NCBI GenBank assembly: GCA_007136405.1
Contig: SLHA01000007.1
Coordinates: 1-64,000 of the forward strand
From: Candidatus Latescibacterota bacterium
GTDB taxonomy: Bacteria > Latescibacterota > UBA2968 > UBA8231
DNA length: 64,000 bases
Reading direction: 5' to 3'
The position numbers and the translations under genes are program-made. The notes below the pieces were generated by a model, which searched no databases, was not told the origin of the DNA, and worked only from the letters and a program-made list of their open reading frames with translations. Position 1 is the first letter of the stretch, and each line of letters starts with the position of its first letter. Of the stretch, positions 56,994 through 64,000 are shown piece by piece.

Positions 56994-57838
56994 CACCGGC
57001 CTCCTTCCACGCACGCCTGTTCGACCCGTTCGGGTGCCTGGATGATGGCGTTGAACAGGAGCTCCAGATCCACGGGCGTACCGTCGCCGCGACGGCGGCG
57101 GAGCACGGTGTATCCGTCCATCGTCTGCTCCGCATACACCGCGTCATCGGCCGGCGGAACCGGTTCGTGAGACATCGCCAGCGCCCGCGAGACCACGTCA
57201 AGCTCGTGGAAGAAGACGATTCTGCCATTCTCGAGCACGATGATCGGATCGATCAGATTCTCCATGTCGCGAACCTGATGGGTGCTGATGAGGATAACCT
57301 GTCCTGCAGCCAGCGATGCCGCCACGGTTCGTCTGAACTGCCGCTTGGAGGGGATGTCGAGACCGTTCGTCGGCTCGTCGAAAAAGAGCATCCTGCACCC
57401 CGTAGCGAGGGCAAAGGCGAGCAGAAACTTCTTTTTTTGCCCGAACGACAGCGTCGAGAGCCGTTGGTCCAGGTTTACCTCGAGTTCCAGGGCAAGCGTC
57501 GTGAAGCGGCTCGAGTCGAACCCCGGGTAGAAAGGCGCGTACAGGCTGACGTACGCGTGTCCCGTGATGGCGGGGACCCGGAACTCCTCCGGCAGGAAGA
57601 ACATATTCCTCAGAAGCTCCGGTGCACGATCGGCCGGATCCCTGTCCAGCACCGTGCAGCGGCCGCCGTGCGGGAACAGCTGGCCCGACATAAGCCGAAG
57701 CAGCGTTGTCTTCCCCGTGCCATTGCGCCCGAGCAATCCGTAGATGCCTCCGTGGGCGATGTCCAGCGAAAGCTCCCTGAACAACGGCTCTCGACTGTGT
57801 CCGCTATATGAGAAGGACAGGGCCTCGATGCTGATCAC
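56993..57838 (-). CDS. ABC transporter ATP-binding protein (ABC-2 exporter type)
   Basis: Walker A GRNGTGKTT, signature LSFGQKKK, Walker B LFFDEPTNGLD. Confidence 0.8.
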   Translation of the reverse strand: MISIEALSFSYSGHSREPLFRELSLDIAHGGIYGLLGRNGTGKTTLLRLMSGQLFPHGGRCTVLDRDPADRAPELLRNMFFLPEEFRVPAITGHAYVSLYAPFYPGFDSSRFTTLALELEVNLDQRLSTLSFGQKKKFLLAFALATGCRMLFFDEPTNGLDIPSKRQFRRTVAASLAAGQVILISTHQVRDMENLIDPIIVLENGRIVFFHELDVVSRALAMSHEPVPPADDAVYAEQTMDGYTVLRRRRGDGTPVDLELLFNAIIQAPERVEQACVEGGR

Positions 57839-57910
57839 ATCAGCCTCCAGGTGTATTCGAAGAAGAGTGAACTATACAACATCGTGTATTGCCGGCACGC
57901 GTCGTCAGAG

Positions 57911-59401
57911 TCAATGCTGGGCGCCGGCTACCGCACCTCCGGCGAAGCCCTGGTATTCGTCCAGAAACCACTCGGCCGCCTTCACCATGAGGACCGACAC
58001 CTCGTCGTTCTTGAAGGCCATACTGATCCTGAGCGAGCCCAGATAATGGTCGGTGATATAGATGAGCATATCGAGCTTGTGGGGTTCCACCCAGGCGGCC
58101 GAAGCCAGGCATCGGTACGGCGTGCCGGGGGCTGTGCCGATCCTGGGGCCGAAGTAGTTCCGCTGAGGGAACTCGCCGGCAACCATACCGCCGATACCGA
58201 ACCGCAGCCGGTTGTCACCCTGGGCATTGGTGTATTCCCAGGTGCCCTCATCGCCGTCGAACACCAGACGCATCCGCTCTATGCCCATGGGATTGTCCGC
58301 CATCGCATACCAGGTGCCATCGATCCTGCCGGCCATGGCCGATTTACGCGCTCCGTCCTGCGGCAGGATGGTCAACGTGCCGATCTTCCGTTCAAGGGAG
58401 CGGTGGGCGCCGGGGTTTGCCGGTAACGCGGCATCAGACAGTTCAGCGTACAACTCCTGCCGCATCGCGTCTAGAATACCCCTGCGTCCGCCTTCTTTGT
58501 TGAGATCGGCCCCCTGAGTATCGGCAGTGCAGGCGAAGAGAAAGTCCTTATCCGGATAACAGATGGCCAACTGACTGCCCATCCCCCGGAAAGCGAATCC
58601 GTTGTCCTTTTCGCGCCAGATCTGATATCCGTAACCCCGATTACCGCCGAGGGAATTGTCGATCTGTTTTGACGTCGCCGCCTGGACGTACCCCTCGGGG
58701 AGGAGCTGTCGCGATCCCCAGCGACCGCCGTTCATGCAGACCCAGGCGACCTTGGCCATATCCCGCAGGGTGCAGATCACGCCCGAACCGCCCCACGAGG
58801 TGCCTTCGGGGCATTGTATGCACCAGGCATCCGGCGAAAAACCGATGGGATCGAGCAGGAAGGGACGCATGTATTCGAGGAAGGGTAGACCGCTGATCCG
58901 TTCCACGATGGTGGTCAAGGTGACCGTAGCGGAGGTATCGTAGGAGAAAATGGTCCCCGGCGGATGACTCGGTATCTTGTTGAAGAACGTCCAGGCCCAG
59001 TCCTTGTCTGTACGGGTGTACGTCGTGCTGTTATGTGGAGTGGCCATCATCAGCAGATCCCTGACCGTGGCACTCTCCAGGTAGGGATGGACCTGTTCCG
59101 GTTGCTTGTCAGAAAAAAACTTGACCACCTGATCATCGAGGTGCATTTTGCCTTGATCGACCATCAACCCGACTGCCAGGGAGACGAAACTCTTGCTCAC
59201 CGAGTACATGCGGTGCATGCTGTCGCCGGAATACGGCGACCAGTATCCCTCCGCGGCCACCTTGCCGTGACGCACGAGCAGGAATCCGTGCATGCAGATG
59301 CGCTCGGTATCGAGCCGTTCGACAAAACGCCGCACCGCCTGTGAAGGTATACCTGCTGATTCCGGTGTGCTTGCCGGTGTAAAAACCGTGGTGTCGCTCA
59401 T
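57911..59401 (-). CDS. Serine hydrolase, beta-lactamase / penicillin-binding-protein fold (class-C-like)
   Basis: S-x-x-K active-site motif SVSKSF. Size and pattern are those of transpeptidase-fold esterases. Confidence 0.7.
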   Translation of the reverse strand: MSDTTVFTPASTPESAGIPSQAVRRFVERLDTERICMHGFLLVRHGKVAAEGYWSPYSGDSMHRMYSVSKSFVSLAVGLMVDQGKMHLDDQVVKFFSDKQPEQVHPYLESATVRDLLMMATPHNSTTYTRTDKDWAWTFFNKIPSHPPGTIFSYDTSATVTLTTIVERISGLPFLEYMRPFLLDPIGFSPDAWCIQCPEGTSWGGSGVICTLRDMAKVAWVCMNGGRWGSRQLLPEGYVQAATSKQIDNSLGGNRGYGYQIWREKDNGFAFRGMGSQLAICYPDKDFLFACTADTQGADLNKEGGRRGILDAMRQELYAELSDAALPANPGAHRSLERKIGTLTILPQDGARKSAMAGRIDGTWYAMADNPMGIERMRLVFDGDEGTWEYTNAQGDNRLRFGIGGMVAGEFPQRNYFGPRIGTAPGTPYRCLASAAWVEPHKLDMLIYITDHYLGSLRISMAFKNDEVSVLMVKAAEWFLDEYQGFAGGAVAGAQH

Positions 59402-59584
59402 ATCGGCAGCTCCGTCGAATAGGTGTTAGGTGTGTTGATACTGCCGGGGCGGCCGGCGCCATTCGACCCTGAGACCCTGGTTCGCGGCGCGCCCCCTGAA
59501 GGTTGTCCGTGTCAATGTGTATCTACACGGCTGCGGCAGCGCAAGCCGGCATCCGGGTAGCCCAGCCTGTCGAGCGGGTGCGGA

Positions 59585-60580
59585 TCAGGCGAGCCAATCG
59601 GGCGTGGGCAAGCCCTTTTCGCGCAGGAAAACCGGGTTGAACAGCCTGCTCTTGTAGCGCGATCCATGGTCGCAGAGGATGGTCACTATGGTATGGCCTG
59701 GCCCCAGTTCGCGCGCCACCCGAATCGCCCCGGCAATGTTGATTCCAGACGAGCCGCCGAGAATCAGCCCCTGTTCACGCACCAACCCGAAGATGATGGG
59801 CAAGGCCTCGGCATCAGCGATCTGGAACTGGTCATCGGGCCGGAACCCTTCCAGGTTAGCGGTGATCCGCCCCTGGCCGATGCCTTCAGTGATGGAATCC
59901 CCCTCGTCCGCCAGCTCACCGTGCGCGTAGTAGTGATAGAGCGCCGCGCCCATGGGATCGGCCAGATAGATCCTGACGTCCCTGTTGCGCTCCCGCAGCG
60001 CCATCGCCACGCCTGCAAGCGTGCCGCCGGTGCCGACAGCGCAGACGAACGCGTCCACCGTGCCCCCAGTCTGTTGCCAGATCTCCGGTCCCAGATGGCG
60101 GGCATGGCCATCACGGTTGGCGACATTGTCGAACTGGTTGGCCCATATCGCCCCATTCGGGTCTGTCTCGGCCCGTTCCGCGGCGATGCGGCCCGAGACC
60201 TTCACGTAGTTGTCGGGATCGCTGTAGGGGACGGCCGGCACCTCGATCAGCTCCGCGCCGGCGAGCCTCAGCATATCTTTCTTTTCCGGGCTCTGCGTCT
60301 CCGGAATGACGATAACGGTGCGATATCCCCTGGCGCTGCCGATGACGGCGAGACCGATGCCGGTATTGCCGGCCGTGCCCTCGATGATGGTCCCGCCAGT
60401 CCGAAGCAGTCCCTTCGCCTCCGCGTCCTCGATGATCGCCAGGGCGGCCCGGTCCTTGATACTCCCGCCTGGATTGAGGAATTCGCACTTGCCGAGGATC
60501 CTGCAACCGGTCTCCTCCGACGCCCGGCGCAGGCGCAGAAGCGGCGTATTGCCGACCAGGTCCGCCAGCGAATCAGCCAT
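59585..60580 (-). CDS. Cysteine-synthase / cystathionine-beta-synthase family PLP enzyme (second CysK-like copy)
   Basis: GNTPLLRL...NPGGSIKDRAALAII (PLP Lys), GNTGIGLA, GTGGTLAG motifs. 8-nt overlap with the upstream oxidoreductase gene. Confidence 0.75.
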   Translation of the reverse strand: MADSLADLVGNTPLLRLRRASEETGCRILGKCEFLNPGGSIKDRAALAIIEDAEAKGLLRTGGTIIEGTAGNTGIGLAVIGSARGYRTVIVIPETQSPEKKDMLRLAGAELIEVPAVPYSDPDNYVKVSGRIAAERAETDPNGAIWANQFDNVANRDGHARHLGPEIWQQTGGTVDAFVCAVGTGGTLAGVAMALRERNRDVRIYLADPMGAALYHYYAHGELADEGDSITEGIGQGRITANLEGFRPDDQFQIADAEALPIIFGLVREQGLILGGSSGINIAGAIRVARELGPGHTIVTILCDHGSRYKSRLFNPVFLREKGLPTPDWLA

Positions 60581-61745
60581 CGGACGTCACCTCCCCCAGG
60601 TTGAATTGCGGTATCCGCAGCAGCTCGCCATCGTGCAGCGCCGACTGGTGCGCCATGATCCCGCCGACCGTCATGTTGAGCGCCTGCGCCACGTCGATCA
60701 GCGGCGCACGGTCCATCAGGATGGCTTCCACGAACTCGCTCATCAGGTACCCGTGCGACCCCCCGTGGCCGCCGGCCGCCACGCCGGGCGGCAACGGGGG
60801 CCGGCGGATTTCGGGCAGCGCGACGCCTTCCTGGCCGCTGGCATAGTTGCCGTAATACGTGCCGTGCTGGGTCCGGATGCGGCCAGTCTCGCCGCCTTGT
60901 CCCGGGGTATCCCAGCTCACTGCCATACGCGCCATACCGCCCTCACTGGTGCGAAACAGCGCTACCTCGGTGCCGAAGGGATTGCCGAACGAGTTGTTCT
61001 CCGGCTTCAGGTGATCGATGTGACTGGGCATGCCCATGCAGCTGACTTCGGTGAAACTTCCACCGGTGACCCCGACATAGTAGGCGTTGGAGTGGGTCGG
61101 GTACCACTGGGGTGGCAGCCCGGTGCGCCAGCCCTCGTGGGACGCCAGAGGCGTGCCGAAATAATGCCAGTACTCGCCCTCCGCATACACGACCCTTCCC
61201 AGCCTGCCGGCGCGATACAGCTCCCGCATGCAGTAAAGGTCCGCGTGATAGTAGGAGGTCTCGAACATCATGTAGTGCCGGCCGGTGGTCCGGACCGTGT
61301 CGAACAACGCGTGAGCGTCCTCCAGGGACCCGAACACCGCCGGCACGGCACAGGCCACGTGCTTACCCGCCCGCAGCGCTGCCATGGTCAGACGGGCATG
61401 ACTGGGCGCATCCGTGGCCACGAAGACGGCCTCGATGGAATGGTCGGCCAGCATCGCCTCGCACGACTCATAGGTGGTCGCGCAACGGCAGGCGCGCGCC
61501 AACTCGGCGCGCTTGTCGGCATCCAGCTCGGCAACCGCCGCGATCGTCACGTTGGGATGGTCCTGAAAATGGAACGCGGCACCGAAACGGCAGACGCCGT
61601 AACCGGCGATGCCCACCCGGAGCTTCCGGTCGGATACCGGTTGCCACGCCTCACTGCTCGACGGATCGGCAGCCGATGTCTCGAATCCCTGAATGGTGTT
61701 CGACGGATCTATCGGAACCGCGCCGTGCTGCGATGCTTCGTTCAT
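60573..61745 (-). CDS. Gfo/Idh/MocA family NAD(P)-dependent oxidoreductase
   Basis: N-terminal Rossmann LRVGIAGYGVCRFG. Family pattern EKP-like, AV(F/Y)VATD...H. CAGGAG RBS before MNEASQ. Confidence 0.7.
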   Translation of the reverse strand: MNEASQHGAVPIDPSNTIQGFETSAADPSSSEAWQPVSDRKLRVGIAGYGVCRFGAAFHFQDHPNVTIAAVAELDADKRAELARACRCATTYESCEAMLADHSIEAVFVATDAPSHARLTMAALRAGKHVACAVPAVFGSLEDAHALFDTVRTTGRHYMMFETSYYHADLYCMRELYRAGRLGRVVYAEGEYWHYFGTPLASHEGWRTGLPPQWYPTHSNAYYVGVTGGSFTEVSCMGMPSHIDHLKPENNSFGNPFGTEVALFRTSEGGMARMAVSWDTPGQGGETGRIRTQHGTYYGNYASGQEGVALPEIRRPPLPPGVAAGGHGGSHGYLMSEFVEAILMDRAPLIDVAQALNMTVGGIMAHQSALHDGELLRIPQFNLGEVTSDG

Positions 61746-62010
61746 AATTCGGTCTCCTGTTGTCGGCCGCGCCGGGACGTCCCCGAACTCCAGGCCCCAG
61801 TATAACGTAGTTCCTCCACTCGGGTCCCGTCGGACCCGTTTCCGTGCGCACCGGGAGCGTCGAGGCATCCGAACAGGAAAAGCCTCTTTGGCGCCGCGAT
61901 GGGCTCGATGTAGCGCATCCGCCGGACTGGGCCCCAGGCCCGGGAATAGACGCAGGACCGTTGCTCCGGCGATCTATAGCTATAGCGCCCTGCCCTCCGT
62001 TCTGCCTGTT

Positions 62011-63963
62011 TCAAGAGGATCGAAGTCCCGTTTGAGCTGGCATCGTGGGGAACCGGTAAGAAGGGGTTCCGGCACCGCGTTCGAGGCCGATAGTCAGGCG
62101 GATCTGGGTGCCGGGCGGCAGCATTACGGCAAAGTGGCTATCCGCCACCTCCGCCTGCTGATTGCCGATCTTCAGGCTCGCGTCGGCGTGTTCGCCTACG
62201 GCTCCCGGGTACTCGCTTTGACGCCGGGTGCAGGTCACCGTGGTGAAGCGATGTTCGCCCAGTGTGCCGGCCTGAAGGATCAGCCGGCGGCTTTCCACAC
62301 CGCTGAGATTGACCAGGTGCACGACGATCTGCTGCTGTTCCACCTGCTCGACCAGGGCAGCGACATCGGGCGGCAGTCCCGGACGGCGGCGCTGGGCGTC
62401 GAAATAGCGCAACGGCGCCAGCAGCAGTCCGCCGTTATAGATCAGCTGCGGCGCTCCCAGGGTGAGTTGCACCAGGGCTTCGGTGGTCACGGGATTGAGT
62501 TGCTGCCACCAGTGGATATGGTTGTCGCGCGGGTCGGTACGATCCTGGCGGATCTGTTCCAGCCGCCGATAGACCTGGGCCAGTGCGGCCTGCAGAATCC
62601 GCTCTGGATAATGCGGATTGTCGCCGTGCAGGAAGCAGAACCAGGGTTGCTCGTGGCCCGCATCTTCCTTGGTGCGAAAGGAGAAGACGTGCCGCCAGTC
62701 GTAGTCTTCGCACCGGCGCAATTCTTCCAGCATGGTCCTGTCCTCCGGCGCGCCGGTGACATTCCACAAGGCTGCCGGGAAAATCGGTGACAGCGGTTGA
62801 TAGTCGGACCAGCCATTCTCGCCGTAGCAATAGGGTACCAACCAGCTCTGACGCTGTTCTCCCAGGGCGCGCATCTGGCCGATCCAGTGATGCTCCAGGC
62901 TCATCGGCCGGGCATGCACGTCGGCCATTTCACCCTGGTCCATGATTTTGCGAAGCTGGGTTCGAGGCAGTTCCAGCCAATGCGCTTCCCCGGTCGCCAG
63001 GTAACAGCATATCCCGGCGACCAGCGTGGCATAACCGATGTTGTAGAAACCATGCGGCCAGGTCCAGCCGTACATGCTGCCGTACCAGCGGCCCTCCATG
63101 TATTCGCCCACTTGGCCGGACAGACCCACATTGTCCGGAATCAGGCCGTCGTTGGCCGCGGCCCGTTCGACCCAGGCGCCCACGTAATCCTGCAGCCAGG
63201 CCCGGTACTTGTCCTCGCCGGTCAACAGGTAGGCATTGGTCACCAGTGAGCAAACGCCCAGGTTGGCGACGGCGTCGCCCCGGCTCATGCGTGCCTTCAT
63301 GGCCTCTCCCATGCGCCGCGCCTTGACCGGATCCTTCAGGTCCTCGATACCCTGGATACCGTCCAGGTCTTCGTAGGGCAATCCATACACCGCCATACCC
63401 GGCGAGTAGCCGTAAGAAGGCTTGTCGTTGTCGCCGTAAAGCCAGCGCGGCCCCTTGCTACCGTTGTGAGCGCATCGGATGATCTTTCTGTCCGCATCGT
63501 AGTTCGGCGCTTCCGGATCCTCGTTCAGGTAGAAACCGGCGAAACGCGTGGCCCGTTCGCGGTTGTCCGCATGGTGCGGGTCTGCCATGCACAACAGGTA
63601 GAAATAGATGTAGCTCTCGCTCTGGTGGAACTGATCGTAGCCGATTTCGTATTCCTTGTGCAGGTGCCCCAGTTCCTCCAGCAGACGGGTGGTGGCCTCC
63701 CACTGCCGCTGACCGAGGTCCAGCATCCGGTCGCTGCCACCGAGCAGGTAGAGCAGCGGCCAGTTGTAGAAGCTCTCGTAGAAATCATCGGCGCCATCGC
63801 GGCCCGGATGCGGTCCGGTCCGCCAGATCAACCGGCCGTCCGGATGGGTGTATTTGTCCAGAAACGGCTGGACGGCCTGCTCCATGACATCAAAAAGGCG
63901 ACGTTCCAGCACCGCCCAGGCCGGAGCATCGACCAGGGGGATGTTCGCTTCGATTTCGATCAC
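62011..63963 (-). CDS. Hypothetical protein (650 aa), function unknown. Possibly a carbohydrate-active enzyme, but this guess rests only on the glycan-utilisation gene context; no sequence motif was identified.
   Basis: GTG start 6 nt after a CAGGAGC RBS. Long, non-repetitive, Trp/Tyr-rich ORF (…WTWPHGFYNIGYATLVAGICCYLATGEAHW…). No signal peptide. Nothing in the sequence itself indicates a fold or catalytic family. Confidence 0.5.
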   Translation of the reverse strand: MIEIEANIPLVDAPAWAVLERRLFDVMEQAVQPFLDKYTHPDGRLIWRTGPHPGRDGADDFYESFYNWPLLYLLGGSDRMLDLGQRQWEATTRLLEELGHLHKEYEIGYDQFHQSESYIYFYLLCMADPHHADNRERATRFAGFYLNEDPEAPNYDADRKIIRCAHNGSKGPRWLYGDNDKPSYGYSPGMAVYGLPYEDLDGIQGIEDLKDPVKARRMGEAMKARMSRGDAVANLGVCSLVTNAYLLTGEDKYRAWLQDYVGAWVERAAANDGLIPDNVGLSGQVGEYMEGRWYGSMYGWTWPHGFYNIGYATLVAGICCYLATGEAHWLELPRTQLRKIMDQGEMADVHARPMSLEHHWIGQMRALGEQRQSWLVPYCYGENGWSDYQPLSPIFPAALWNVTGAPEDRTMLEELRRCEDYDWRHVFSFRTKEDAGHEQPWFCFLHGDNPHYPERILQAALAQVYRRLEQIRQDRTDPRDNHIHWWQQLNPVTTEALVQLTLGAPQLIYNGGLLLAPLRYFDAQRRRPGLPPDVAALVEQVEQQQIVVHLVNLSGVESRRLILQAGTLGEHRFTTVTCTRRQSEYPGAVGEHADASLKIGNQQAEVADSHFAVMLPPGTQIRLTIGLERGAGTPSYRFPTMPAQTGLRSS

Positions 63964-64000
63964 GGATCAGCTCCTGCAGGGTGAATGACCAGAAGACCGG

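Noticed and set aside
1-64000. CRISPR arrays, transposases, integrases, phage genes, toxin-antitoxin pairs
   Set aside because: Searched by eye for regularly spaced identical repeats with unique spacers and for DDE or tyrosine-recombinase motifs. Found none. All repeat arrays present are short (2-5 units), degenerate, and have no spacer structure.

Overview
High-GC (~65%) bacterial chromosomal segment carrying about 48 protein-coding genes. I found no rRNA, tRNA, CRISPR array, transposase or integrase. Most genes read as a glycan / sugar-acid utilisation region. There are three enolase-superfamily dehydratase/racemase paralogs, an RraA-like aldolase, an amidohydrolase, a SelA-like PLP enzyme, an AstE/AspA-type deacylase, DppA, two GH4 glycosidases, and three BNR/Asp-box beta-propeller hydrolase-like proteins (two of them long paralogs). 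There are also two CBM9-like proteins, a neutral-ceramidase-like protein, a sugar-phosphate isomerase and an ACS-family acyl-CoA synthetase. Housekeeping and envelope genes sit among them: ilvD, cysK, queE, two Hsp20 genes, a Zn-metallopeptidase, and tamB-tamA with overlapping stop/start, a heterodimeric ABC exporter, an ABC-2 exporter. The most notable systems are these. (1) A family-1 encapsulin operon: an EncFtn-type ferritin-like cargo whose C-terminal GGLGIGTLG matches the targeting peptide, followed by an HK97-fold encapsulin shell gene (8106-9312), preceded by a small unknown gene with a strong RBS. (2) An orphan, short glycyl-radical enzyme (47225-49372) sitting between a ceramidase-like gene and a GH4 glycosidase, with no activating enzyme in the window. 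(3) A minus-strand operon of Gfo/Idh/MocA oxidoreductase, CysK-like PLP enzyme, beta-lactamase-fold serine hydrolase, ABC-2 exporter and a 59-aa membrane peptide (55848-61745). (4) AmmeMemoRadiSam proteins B and A without the radical-SAM partner. (5) Several non-coding signals. These include tandem direct-repeat arrays in promoter regions (657-820 just upstream of a consensus sigma70 promoter, 24368-24520, 54396-54485). There is also a structured ~200-nt leader or sRNA ending in a canonical intrinsic terminator (13780-13985), and an AT-rich inverted-repeat operator candidate upstream of the Hsp20 pair. No transcriptional regulator gene is present in the 64 kb. All functional calls come from motif and family recognition by eye in the translated ORFs. 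No database search was run.
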